Part shown: positions 37,901-50,221 of the stretch, in pieces
How positions within the stretch are numbered: position 1 is the first letter of the stretch
Layout: each line of letters begins with the position of its first letter
Source of the DNA: Takakia lepidozioides
Lineage: Eukaryota > Plantae > Bryophyta
Reading direction: 5' to 3'
NCBI GenBank assembly: GCA_030704615.1
Contig: CM060732.1
Span: forward strand, 4,650,001-4,714,000
Length of the DNA stretch: 64,000 nt
Made by a program: the position numbers and the translations under genes
Notes under the pieces: generated by a model
Seen by the model: the letters and a program-made list of their open reading frames with translations, nothing else
What the model was told of the DNA's origin: nothing
Databases searched by the model: none

Positions 37901-39317
37901 CGGGAAGGAGAAGCCATATGCAGCCAAACTCATCATCTTGGACATCCCTGATGGGTTGCCAGTCCCGGATGTCCCTCTATCGGGTGCTTGTCCAGGTTGG
38001 AATGCTTTTGATGCGCGCTACTGGCGGTGGGTTTTCTCCTTTTGCAATTTCTTTCTGTCCGATGTAGGTGTTTTGGTGCTCATCCAGTCCATCGACCTTC
38101 GCTGTCGCCGTGCACTTGCCAGCTATTTGAAAGCCTCCGGTATGAGGGTCCTAAAGACATGGAATTGTGTGAACAGCATGTACCTGACAAAGGGGGATCG
38201 TCCGGGAGAGATGGTAAATCTGCTTTCTTATTCCTCTTCTTGGTGGTTCTCGGGTGGAGTTGCATAAGTCGCTCAAATGAATATGTAGGGGCCTGGTTTT
38301 CAAGCTTCTTAGTTCCTTGTGGATGTCCTGTTCGCAGACTCGTTTGTTTGAAGCTCTTTGTCTCGTCCGAGTGCATCCACCTACGACTCCAGCCGTCATT
38401 AGGGAGTTTGCCATCACTCATGGGGGCAAGTTCATAGACGAGAGGACAGATACTCCGACGGATGACATGCACCACAACTACGTGGACAACAACGTGTGCT
38501 TGCGAAGGGGGAATGGGGTTCCTTGGAGAGGGGCCAGGGAGAGGAGCCCGGCTTTCCTTCAAACGATTGTGGAGTGCTGCACCTACATAGACGCCAGAGT
38601 TCTGGATTTGTCAATGGGCACAGGTTCGTCTCTTCAACATTCACATTTCATGAGGTTTGTTTGAGCTTGCACTTTCAGCACTTCCCACCGTTCCAAATGT
38701 GTCTTCAATGTCTGTTTCCTTCCTTCAATTCCACTACAGGTGCTTCGTACCGCGCTTGCAAGGCTAGTGCGCGACATCTCTTTGGGATTGAAGGGGATGC
38801 TGAGATTTTCAAGAACCTCCTGATGGGTTTGGGTGGACACACTTCTCAAGTCATTCCGAAGCCCCTTCCCGGTGATATTGATACAGGGGAGACTTCCGAC
38901 AAGGAGCTGGACTCCGACTTTGCCTGTGAGTAAGTTCAACCTGTGGATGCTTGCATTGTTGTTTCAATACCCAGAATCATTGTTCTTAAGGCAAAGTGCA
39001 CATGGGAGACATCCTCTTTGTTGGACTTGTGCATTGCATCATTGTGTTCAAAATGGGTTTTTGTCGACTTGTGCAGGAGTCTGCGTGCTTCAACTGACCC
39101 TCCAGGGCTATCACACCTTTTTGGACTTCTTTCAAGTCCTCCTCAGTCTTACGTGCTACCTGTCCTTGCGGAGGCACTTGCAGCAAGCATGTCCATTCAT
39201 GGCACTCGCAGTCTAACCATCGACGGCCATGGTAGAAGACGTGGTGTTGGGGCCGGAATCTTTGTGGACGACATAGCACAAGAGGTCGATACTGATTCTG
39301 ATGACGGTGACACTTGA
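34994..39317 (+). pseudogene. Multi-exon ParB/Srx-like domain + beta-class N4C/N6A DNA methyltransferase-like protein (~1050 aa visible, 5' incomplete)
   Basis: Phase-compatible GT-AG exons 34994-35110, ~35209-35665, 35775-35967, 36079-36519, 36634-36857, 37126-37789, 37875-38213, 38338-38623, 38740-38929, 39077-39317. VWDGNHR at 35511-35531; LIILDIPDG (DIPDG 37941-37955); ERSPAFLQTIVE...VLDLSMGTGASYRACKASARHLFGIEGD. Stops at 35033, 35583, 35598, 36826 and a frameshift near 35405. Confidence 0.8.
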
Positions 39318-40036
39318 TATGAAGTTTTCTTTTGCTTTCATTTGGGGCCAATCTTGAAATGGGATGGTTGTGTGTCCTTGTTGTCATGTTTGCAATGTGT
39401 GCGTGGGATGCAAATTCATGGGAACAAACTATCGTTGGAGATGGGGGTTGCATGGACTGCCCGGATTGTTCCTTCAATCTATTTAGTGTTTTACGGAGCT
39501 CACAGGCTTGTGTGCATTGCAAAAATAAACAAACGTCTTTGGTTCGGATAGAGCATTCTCGCATCATTTGCTCGTTGGTCTCCAAACCATTCATGCTAGA
39601 AGAATGCTTGGTAAATCCGTCATGATAAAGTCCACGTGATCAAAGAGCGTTCAGGCATTCTCAATTCTGGTGAGCATCCATGATGCTCCTGCACATACCT
39701 GGCATGTTCGCAAGGGTGGTGAGTAAGAAAAGATTTCGCAGGGATCCGCTTTGGATGATGTGAGTGTGCACCTGCTCACGACGTAGGCACATTCCAATGC
39801 AGGGGCTTGGTATGTTGATAACGTCTACATGGATGCAATGGATAGAAAGGATGGATACAATGGATGTAACACATCCAATCTGCATTCCCTGGAAATGGCT
39901 GATCAACCCGCGGTAATAGGTGACACCCGTGGAAATAGGCCATGTATGCATGCTGACGTGGCGTGAGTCTGTGCTGGGCTCACGGTTTCCTGGGCTCACA
40001 GGCTCACGCCTTTGGGCTCACAGAATAGTACCCCCC

Positions 40037-40660
40037 CACATTTGCTAGGGTGGGTTGGGCCATTTGTAGGAGAGTTGCATCCCGCACCCTTCTCCTCAGC
40101 TCCTTGTCCAGGATCCCATACCAGAACTGGATTGCCTGAGCTTCTGTAACCCCTTGGGTTACGTTTATCAAGCACCTCATGCGAGTGTAAGCCTCCCTCA
40201 AACTCTCAGTAGACCTTCGTTGGAACTCTTGCAAGCTCCGCAACTTCTCTGTCCTTATCCCTTGGTAGTTTCTCCTCAACTCCTCGAAGAACTCCACAAC
40301 TAGGTTAAAGGCAGGCACGAGTGCTGGTGCTGCAGCAGGAGCTTGAGTGGATTTCCCAGCTCCTGTACCACTTGTCCCACTACTAGTGCTTGCAGTTGGG
40401 GATGTTGGTGTAGCTTGTCGCCGCTGCCCTTGTGCCTCTAGTGATGGAGACATAGTTAGGTGACCAATACTCTCGCCACTCCTCAATCTCCACCGAATGT
40501 CCCGGCCTAAATTCATGGTAATCATCTAGGGGCGGCCCCTCAAGGTGCTGGAATAGCCCTTTCCACGCCATAAAGGGAATAAACAGTTGTGGATTGCACA
40601 TTTGCTGCAAATCACACCAACTGTCAAACTCCTGTATGAAGTCATCAAGCTCGATGATGC
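40037..40660 (-). pseudogene. Retrotransposon gag fragment cut by the MULE-like right end
   Basis: FFEELRRNYQG...LQEFQRRSTESLREAYTRMR gag-like signature in ORF 40004-40525. Confidence 0.7.
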
Positions 40661-40661
40661 C

Positions 40662-41638
40662 TGTTAGAGGGCTGCTTGGGACTTAGACGCTTTTACGGGA
40701 TCTGTGGGGTACCCTTAATTTTTACACAGACTGAGACCAACAGGAGCCTTGGGGGTGACAGCAACAGGCTTTAGGGGGGGAGATACATAGCCCAACACAG
40801 CCGTCACAACCCATCACAGTCCAACACAGCCTGTCACAGCTTCGCACAGATACACAGCCCAACACAGTCCATCACAGCCGACACAGCCGACACAGTCAGA
40901 CACAGCTGTCACAGCCCAACACAGCCAGTCACAGCCCGATACAACCGCCACAGCTTCGCACAGCCCTACACAGCCCGACACAGCCAGTCACAGCTCGGCA
41001 CAGCTGGGGAACAGTTATCATTGGCAGGGAACGACGGTGGGGGAACGACATCTGAAAAATGAACGTGTACTACAGGGATGACGGTTAGTTAGGAAAGCGG
41101 TTAGAACAGCTTGTAGGTAGAAAAAGCGAAGAGCGGGGACGTCGAGACATCACTACTGGGGGGGAGGACTTCTGGATCACGGGGGAAAATGAAGCAGAGA
41201 GCATATCTCTGAGTAGAAAGAGGGAGAGCACGGAGTAGAAGAAGAGATGATCTGTTGTTACTTGATGAATGCAAGCTATAGAATTGTAATGTAGAGTAGA
41301 TGAGAGACACCATGACTTCAGCCTGATACTTGATAGATATTAATCTGATACATATTTCATACTCACACTGTGTAGAGAGACCTGAGTGAAGCTATGGAAT
41401 GAATGGATGGAACTTGATAGATTTCTGAAGCAAACTGATACTTAATTGCAGATAGTAAGGTAACTCGCTAACAGGAATGTGGGAAGGAGTACAAATAAGA
41501 AACACCCCCATGATACACTAGTTGTAGGTCATGACTGATTGTTCTGAGCGGGCTGAGTGCTAAGAGATTTCCAACTCTTCTATCTTGGAGTTCCCACCTC
41601 GGATAGCGAAGGGATGGGTGAGTAAAAGCCGCTCGACA
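40662..41638. repeat. LTR-like dispersed repeat with internal (ACAGCC)n-type minisatellite, copy 1
   Basis: Colinear with 44866-45783; probably extends further right. Confidence 0.75.
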
Positions 41639-42749
41639 GTGCCCACAGCTCCAGAGTACCTACGTGGCCCCTTGGTAGCTCCATACATCTCCTCCATCAT
41701 GTCCCACAACAATGGCACGGGAATGACTTGCACCCTCGGTGAGAATCCTCCTGACTTCGAGTCTGAACCTTCCTCAGAAGACACTGAAGGTGAAGGTGGC
41801 CTAAACCGCACACCTTGTCTTGTGTACCCACTAGTATCGCTGGTGCTCGTACCGGCGCTTCCCTCAGCAATTGGTGGCACCTCCGTGATGAAAACTCACA
41901 ATCCAACCGGTTGTCAACCTGTCTCTAATCCCCACTTTCCACAAGGTAACCGGATAGAGAACCTATTGTGGCTAGTGGTTCAAGCAGGAATAATAGGTTT
42001 CTAACGTAGATCTGTACCTGCACCTGTATCCACCGCAAGAACTCATATGGTCTGCTGGTCATCAACCCAGCCTCACCATAAGAGAAACAATGATGGTCTG
42101 ACTGGTCATCACCCCAGCCTCACCACCGACAGCACGCTCTAGGATTGGCTGGTGATCAAATCCGGACCAACCTCCTATGAAAACAAGCGCCCATACAAAA
42201 CTAACATGACGCACAGTCAAGCATGCAGGTGTGGAGGGGATCCAAACACAAGAAAATCAAGACAATAACTCCCCCACACCAAAAATACTCCACAGTGTCG
42301 CTCCTGCAATGACACCCCAGCCCAAACCCGGACTGACTCTTGCCTCCACCTACGGAAAGGTTTTGGCCTACGGAGAGGGTGAAAGACTACAAGGAAGAGA
42401 GACTAAAGCAATTCCTAATCCCAGCATGCTCTCATCCCACTACCCTATCTCCACACTCTCTTGCTGGTCTCTCAAATAACTCTCTAGGAGCCCTCAAGAT
42501 GTCTCTCAAACAATCTCACTAAGGCTCCCAATCCTTGCACAATGGGACTCCAAAACAGTACACCAAGGCCCCAAGAGCCTGCCAAAACTTGGCCCTCGAG
42601 GACCCCAAATAGTCCTCCAAATGGACCCCAAACAGTCCTCCAAAGATTCCCAATAGTCCTCCAAATGATACTCCAAGGGCCCTCAAATATCTTCCAAACA
42701 ATCCTCCAAAGGCCCTTAAATTTCACTAAGTCCTTTCAATGTTGATATT

Positions 42750-43140
42750 TTAACAGAGGTATAGTCTGAGGTTGCTAGGGTCCTTTATATTGATGATACC
42801 TTTACAGAGGTATAGTATGAGAATGAGGGTTCTGTCTGGTATACTAACAGAGGTATAGTCTGAGCTGATTAGGGTTCACATATGGTGATACCTCAACAGA
42901 GGTATAGTAAAAAGGACAACCTCATGTTTGGTATACTAACAGAGGTATAATCTGAGCTGATTAGGGTTCACATATGGTGATACCTCAGTAGAGGTATAGT
43001 AAAATGGACAAGCTCCTATTTGGTATACTAACAGTGGTATAGTCTCACATAAGGGTTCATATATGGTGATACCTCAACAGAGGTATAGTCAAAGGGACAA
43101 GCTCATGTTTGGTATACTAACAGAGATATAGTCTGAGCAT
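42750..43140. repeat. Tandem array of ACAGAGGTATAGT-anchored units, alternating ~50/~42 bp
   Basis: Nine anchor copies read directly. Confidence 0.8.
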
Positions 43141-43149
43141 ATATTACGA

Positions 43150-44865
43150 GGGTTTGTAATGAAGAGCTAGAATGCAAGTCCTTGACTTCTATGCTTCTAC
43201 TCAAGCAAAAATATGGTTTCTAGGTGGTCATAAGAGACATCTTCTTACTCTCTTCCACCCCAATGTGCAACCAAGATTGGTCCAACCGAACTTGCAAGTC
43301 ATTGTCCACCAAATCAATCCCCCTTCTAGTCCTTGAGATTTGATTGCAAACTACCATATCTCCATTGCCGAGCAATCATGCATTTGTCTCTTCATCACTT
43401 GACAATTGCTCCAAATCAACACAAATTATCTCAATGTGTAGGAGCAATGCTTGTCACTTACAATAATGCTCCCAAGCAATCTGCCTTGGATCTCACTCTC
43501 ACGCCATATGCCTCATTTGGGGTCTTGCACCAATCCATCATCCATGTGCTCCCCTTGGTCATTTGAATGCATGTTCCATGACCTCTTGGCCTATGTGTTG
43601 CTCTCCTTCATCGTAACATGAATCAACACCTCTCCACTTCACACACAAATGGATCTCAAGGCCTTCACCTCTTGCTAGTTCAAGAGCTCCCCTTCTCAAA
43701 CTTGAACTTACAAACTCAAGAGAGCATGCTCCACACATGCACCACTTGCTTGGTCAACTATCCACCACAAAGCTCGCACTACCAAGAGCATGAATAGCCA
43801 AGTTATTCCTCCCCCTCTTGTCACATTACATAGTTAGGGTGAAGCTATGCATACATTGAATGATGATTTTCCTTCAAGGATTTCCCACCATATGTTCTCC
43901 AAGCCCTTCAATGGTGCCCTAAGCTTAGCTTCACACCACCATGATTGGAAGATTTCTTCACATGCTCCCTTTCAAAACCTCTTGAGCTTCTTAGTGCTCT
44001 CCAAGTACTTGCCCTTGTTGTCTTAAAGCCCAAGCCTATGTAGCTCCTTGGCTTCTTTTCCACAACATCCACACTTTGAACTTGCTTAACCCTAGCTTGA
44101 TAGTGAAATGAGCACTAACAAGCCTTTAGTCACTCTCCACAAGCCATGGCGCACACCATTGACTCCATAATGCATACAAAGGATTCTCAAACCCTAGAAT
44201 CCATGCTTCCACACACACAAGACTTCCTCTTTGCAATCCTTGCAAAATCTTGTGACTGAAGAGCTTTCTTCTCAAGCTCTCCAACTCCTTGGTGCATGCA
44301 ACACTCGAGCACCTTTCCTTGCAACCCCTTGCAAGCCTTGTGATACAAGAGCTAAATTCTCCTAGCTCTCAACCTCTTTAACATACAAGTGCAAAACTAA
44401 TCCTCACACTCTGCACTCACAAGCATAAGGTGATCTTCTTGTAGTGATAAGAGATGAGAAATGAGAGAAGTGGAAGACAATAAAGCTCTCAAAGCATGAA
44501 GCAATCACACTAAGAATAAACCCTAGTTCTTCCAAGTGAAATCCACTCTATCACATAAACTAAGTCAAGCCAAGGGCACCCTTGCTAAGGGAATCCACCC
44601 TACAAAGCCCTCAACACACTCCCTCTCAATACCTAGAGCTATGGAGGTGAGAGAAGCTCATGGAGGCTCAACTACAAGAAGATGAGCCCTCCTCAACACT
44701 CACAAGGGGAAAACCCCTTTCCCATGTCCCAAGTGAGGCTTGACACCTCACTTGGCATATGAGACCAAATGAAGTCCCAACACACAAAATACAAATATAA
44801 ATATCAAAAATGTCCTAGTTAACTAGAAGTAGGTAATTCTAGTTAACCATGACTAAAACCATGAC
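43150..44865 (-). mobile_element. Probable LTR/non-coding part of a retrotransposon
   Basis: ORF-free, CpG-depleted, strand-skewed block; minus strand starts TGTCATGG at 44865; left limit uncertain. Confidence 0.4.
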
Positions 44866-45783
44866 AGAGGGCTGTCTGGGACTTAGACAGTTTTACGGGT
44901 TCTGTGGGGTACCCTTAATTTTGCGCAGACCTACGGGTGGTAGACTCAGACCAACACAGGCCTTAGGGGTGATGGACACAGACCTTAGGGGTGGCAGAGA
45001 GGCTCACACAGTCAATAGTCACAGGCTGACACAACCCAACACAGTCAAACACAGCCTCACACAGCCAGTCACAGCCCAACACAGCTTGGCACAGCCCGTC
45101 ACAGCGTTCACAGGGAACGGTTATCATTGGCAGGGAACGACTGTGTGGGAACGACATCTGCAGACCACGGGTGTTTTTTCCTGGGCCACTGAAGTTGCAG
45201 TTCCAGGAGTAAGAAACGATCCTGGCATTCTGTCTTGGATGACAATTAGTTAGTTAGGCGGTTAGAACAGCTTGCAGGTAGAATAGGCAGAGTAGCGACA
45301 TGGAAGGGGTCACTTCGGAGGGCACTTGAGGGATCACTTTTTGGACGTCAAGGGGGAGATCATGATCTGGGAGCGCAGGGATGGAGATTACACAGAGGAG
45401 GAGATACGATGAGATGATGCTTGATACATGCAAGTTGTAGAGCAGATTAAAGACACCATGGCTTCGGCCTGATACATGATAGATATTAATATGATTCTTA
45501 TTTCATACTCACACCGTGTAGAGAGATATGAGTGAAGTTGTGGAATGAATGCTTGAGTAGATGGAACATGGTAGATTGCAGAAGCAATCTGATACTTAAT
45601 CATAGACAGTAAGGTAACTTGCTAACATGTGGAATACAAATAGGAAGCACCCCCATGATACACTAGTTATAGGTCATGACTGATTGTTCTGAGCGGGCGG
45701 AGCACTTAGAGATTTCCAACTCTTCTATCTTGGAGTTTCCACCTTGGATAGCTAAGGGATGGGTGAGTAAAAACCGCTCGACA
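44866..45783. repeat. LTR-like dispersed repeat, copy 2 (truncated)
   Basis: Colinear with 40662-41638. Confidence 0.75.
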
Positions 45784-45818
45784 TATGCAACGACAACAAT
45801 TTCCAACCTGGACCGTCA

Positions 45819-46307
45819 AGACCCTCCATAGCTTCTCGTGTGGAGGAATTTGACGTTTCAGATGAGGAAGATGACTGCATGGAAGTCCCCATGTCCTCCA
45901 CAAGGTCGTTCAAATCCGCCATGGACGTCTCTGTAGGTACTACGCATGTACCCCCGAGCACAACTCCAACCCGCTTCATTATGGAACTCCTACGACAACT
46001 ACACTTGGATGGTTCTCGCTCCGAGTTGGCTGCTCTTGACTATACCAAATTTCTAGTTACTAAGGTTACGTATTTGCCTCCCGACGTCGATGGGAACATT
46101 ATCTTCGAGTTCCACCTCTGTCTTCGTCAAACAAAGCCTCTGGGATGTTAACGAACATGGATCAAAAGCATGACGGACACCCCTGGTGTGTGACGAGGAC
46201 CAGTAACATGAAAATTGCAAATGGTGTTCATGTAAGATACGTCCTCTATGCGGGGAAGCTGAGGTGCCTCAATCCGGCCCGCTTCCACTTTCGCTTGAGC
46301 TGGCAGA
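45819..46307 (+). pseudogene. MULE-type transposase N-terminal fragment (copy E)
   Basis: SELAALDYTKF...PPDVDGNIIFEF, KHDGHPWCVTRTS; inverted near-copy of 48500-48910. Confidence 0.85.
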
Positions 46308-49300
46308 GAGGTTTACTATTTCATGAGCCAAAAACCATGATCCATGAGCCATGAGCCATGAGCCGCATGAGCCGCATGAGCCGTGAGCCGAAGTCTAAGA
46401 CACGCCGTTTTCATGAGTGGACAGATTAAAAAAGTATTAAATTTGACATTGACTATTTTGGAATTTCCAGATCCTATAATGCGGCGAAGATATGTCGTGA
46501 GTAACAATTCGGCTCATGGTTTCGTAAGTCTGCTCATGGAAAAAACCCACCGTGCAACGAAAAATCCAGTATCCCACAGCAAAAGGACGTCGTGTACTGG
46601 CGTGTATAGAATATTCCGCGGTTTTATATGCCCTAACATTGGAATGAAGCTGACCCTTTTCTCGCGATTGTATGATCCCCATGCAACAACACAATCTGCA
46701 GTGCTTGAAAAATCTTGCTTATTCCTGCATTCTGCGGGAAAGGTTTGCGACTCCATTGGGAAATGCGGTGCCGAATTTCGATTCGCACGTGCGAGATTTT
46801 TGAGGAGTTCATTGTTCTCCACAGTCGGCGCCCAGAAGACTCGGTGCGACTATCTTACTATGACCAAAATTTGTACTGGTAGTGGCGGCCACAGTACCTG
46901 GAAATGCGGCGCCACATTTCCTTGTCGGGGGTCGAATGAGGTATGCAAAGTTTGGGGTGAGGAGAAAAGTAACAACCCCAAAAAAATCCAGGCACGTGGA
47001 AACAGAAGGCAATGACATATTAGTATCTTAGTTTGACCAAAGTAGGTACTGGTAGGCAAGACATAACTCGAACAGTTCTCTTGGCAATGTCTGAGGTACT
47101 TGCAGTACTACAATTCAACTATAACTGAAACTTTGGAAGGGATGAGCGTAACATTGTCTTGTGCCCCGGAAACCAAGATCACTGGTGGATCCATATTCAG
47201 ATGCCTGTGCACCTCGCTATATATATATATCTATAATATTTACAAGACAAATGAATTATTATTTGGTTGAAATAAATTCATTTAAAGCATTCGCATCATC
47301 AGCATTCAAAGTATAAACGTTTTGCGCTCTATCGAAAGTCATAGTGACTGAGCTAATATTTGAGTCTACATCTAGTCACTTGTTGTCGGTATGATCATAT
47401 TTGAATTTAAATTGTCCTCTAGATTTTGAGAAGTAGTTTAATAACACCATAACTGGTGTGGTTGGTCTATTTAGGAGATCAATAGGCTGTCGCGATATCC
47501 CCTACCTTCTCATTTTTTGAATCCTACCTAGCCACCATTTTACCAGTAAGCTACATACAAATATCCCCTAAGAACATGTATATATTTTTGGAATTTTTCA
47601 TAGGTATTATTTCAACCCTATAGTATTATTATTTTTAAATGAATCATTATTTTAGACCCTATAGTAATTTAAATTCCCTGATCACAATATAATGTACCCT
47701 TTATTACTTTTTAAAAAATTCTAATTTTTATCATTTCTGAATAAATTGCACCCTATATATTTTTGCACGTCGGTTGGAAATTTTTGGAAGTGACTTCCCC
47801 GGGATTGATGGTTTGTAATTCGCTTGATGTGGTTAAACATCCCCCAAGCATTTGACAAGTTTCCACTCGTCATTCGAGTGACCAAGTCGACTCCACTCCC
47901 AGGCCCACAGGTTGACATTTTGAAAATGAAACAATGGTCGGTTTCACTGCCTTGCCCTGGAAACCTGCTACCTTGGATGTAGTCATATCCACACCGTCGT
48001 TTCACTTCCAGGATAGAGTGCATGTCCGACCCCCGGCCAGATTCTTGCTTGCAAGATACGATGTGATTCCGTACATTCGGGCAGCAAACGTGCGAGACGG
48101 ACTCCAAGAGGTCCACCATCTCCCTCTCGTCCAAGGGCACTTGGTCCTTTCCATCTTCAGACATAATTTTTCCTAGAGCAATGTTGTGGGCTGCCTTCAG
48201 CTGTATCTGCTTTGGTCTGGCTCTAGGGCTCAATTTCACCTCATCTTTTATGATGTCATGTGTTTCCTGCACAGCCTCCCGCATGTTGCCTCTCGCCAAG
48301 GGGTGGCAGTGGACCCCAATGTGTATGCAAACCCTTGTCAAGTCTGGGAACTGACTACCGACGTGATATTGTTTGGCTTTGCACATTGACATGCGTGTTG
48401 GTGGATCTTTGCAATGGGCGCACTTGAAAGTACCCGCAGGAGCCTGGCTGGAGACAATGAATGGCTGAGGGGTTGTGCCCGTCCAATCCATCTCGTTTCT
48501 CTGCCCTCATTTCGAGAGAAAGTGGAAGCAAGTCGGATTGAGGCACCTCAGCTTCCCTGCATAGAGGACGTATCTTATATGAACATACCATCTGCAATTT
48601 TCATGCTACTGGTCCTCGTCACACACCAGGGGTGTCCGTCATGCTTTCGATCCATGTTCGTTAACATCCCAGATGCTTTGTTTGATGAAGACAGAGGTGG
48701 AAACTCGAAGATCACGTTCCCATCGACGTCGGGAGGCAAATACGTAACCTTAGTAACTAGAAATTTGGTATAGTCAAGAGCAGCCAGCTCGGAGCGAGAA
48801 CCATCCAGGTGTAGTTGCCGTAGGAGTTCCATAATGAAGCGGGTTGGAAATGTGCTCGGGGATACATGCGTAGCACCTACAGAGACGTCCATGGCAGATT
48901 TGAACGACGGTCTAGGTTGGGAATTGATATCATTGCATATCTCTCTGGTTGCAGTGGCCGCCTGTCGATTTTCCGACTCATTTGTGGATGGTGTGGGCAG
49001 TGACTGGTTTGGGTACGGAATGGGCATCCCCACAACGCGATAGAATATGGTGTCTGATGGGGGAACGTGCCACTCGATTCCGTCTCCGTTGTCGACATGT
49101 AGCACCACAATGGTCTCATCAACCTGTCCATGGACATCCTTCCTTTCTTCTTCCAAATACATTGTGCCTGGTTTGAGCTTAAATTTGGAACAAAGCTAAG
49201 TCTCCGTCATTTGGCAAAGTCCTCCCTCGGAAGGGATCCTTGCTCTGAGAAGGGCAAAGCATCCTTGTGCACATCCTGTTGAACGTTCACACTGACATAT

Positions 49301-49750
49301 GCCATTAGTCTGGACGGCCCCTCTCTGGCCCATACTGGCTGTGCCCAGAACGGCTATGCGCACAACGGCTATGCCCACCGTCTTGACTCTTCCTTGCAAA
49401 GACTCCTCACGGAGATGCGTCCGCATTTCGGTCCATACAGAGAGTCTTGAATGGTGGAACGGAAATGCGGTGCCGCCTTTCCATCCGGGGTCTTCCTTTC
49501 AAAGCGTCTTGACGGAAATGCGGCACTGTGGAACAGAAATGCGGTTGGAAATGCGGCGCCGCATTCTATACAACGGGGATAATTTTTATTTTTATTTTTA
49601 AAAAAAACTTTGAATTTTTTTCTTTTTTTCTTTTCACCCCTTTGGATGGAAATGCGGCACCACATTTCAATCCAGCGGCGATGACTAGAGGAAAAACAAT
49701 TAGGGATCCCCCCCCCGCCCTTTGGGTGGAAATGCGGCGCCGAATTCCCA
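46308..49750 (-). mobile_element. MULE-like transposon copy D, internally deleted, with AT-rich insertion 47219-47800
   Basis: 46308-47218 colinear with 25555-26450 (same terminus); transposase 5' half follows; GGAAATGCGGCGCCG palindromes at 49460-49750. Confidence 0.85.
47802..49426 (-). pseudogene. 5' half of MULE-type transposase (copy D), frameshifted
   Basis: ORFs 48575-49162 and 47721-48491 align to 8199-10277 (DGHPWC, CAHCKDPP, CIHIGVHCH, FKMSTCGPGSGVDLV). Confidence 0.88.
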
Positions 49751-50221
49751 GTGAGGTAGCACCACACCTCCATTGCTGAGGATTTCATCACAGACATGGA
49801 CATCCTCTCCCAGCACAGTCATGTTCTCGACGCGAGCCCACTGTCCAACTGTGGAGTGCCAGCCAATTATGCTTCCTGAAATGCAAGCATGCTTCTTGAC
49901 TCTCGGCACTCTCATCCACAATCACATTCCCGATGTAAGATGACCCCCATGCCAGCATTGCTGGTGCCCTCCTCCTCAGGGAATCAAGGTACAGCCGGAG
50001 GCCTGTGATGTAATCCCGGGGCTGGCCTATGTCCATCCAAAACCCTGGTAACACCATGGCATATAGCTTCTTCTCAATCGCAATTTTTGGAAATACCTCT
50101 TTCTCAATTGAGGTTGGCCGGAGCTGAATCCGATTGAGGGTTTTTGGACTCAAAAGATAGATACCCGCATTGATTTTGTTTCCTACAAATTCCTGCAGTT
50201 TCTCAACAAAATTCTGCACCC
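49750..50221 (-). pseudogene. VTC1: GDP-mannose pyrophosphorylase (mannose-1-phosphate guanylyltransferase) C-terminal fragment with internal deletion
   Basis: [61 protein letters not shown]...SNGGVVLPH. Confidence 0.9.

Larger units (their letters stand above)
25555..40036. mobile_element. MULE-like transposon copy C: transposase (-) and ParB-methyltransferase gene (+) between imperfect inverted ends, with nested retroelement debris at ~28200-34500
   Basis: Left end GAGGTTTACTATTTCATGAGC; right end (revcomp) GGGGGGTACTATTCTGTGAGC; both followed by TGAGCC repeats; same GGAAATGCGGCGCCGCATTTCC palindrome at 26134 and 35154. No TSD found. Confidence 0.65.

Noticed and set aside
25540-40050. Target-site duplication around copy C
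   Set aside because: Left flank (GCGACCACCAG) and right flank (CACATTTGCTAG) do not match, so an intact single insertion cannot be claimed
47219-47800. Helitron insertion
   Set aside because: AT-rich with a TCTATAATA-like start, but no convincing 3' hairpin plus CTAG end; left unclassified
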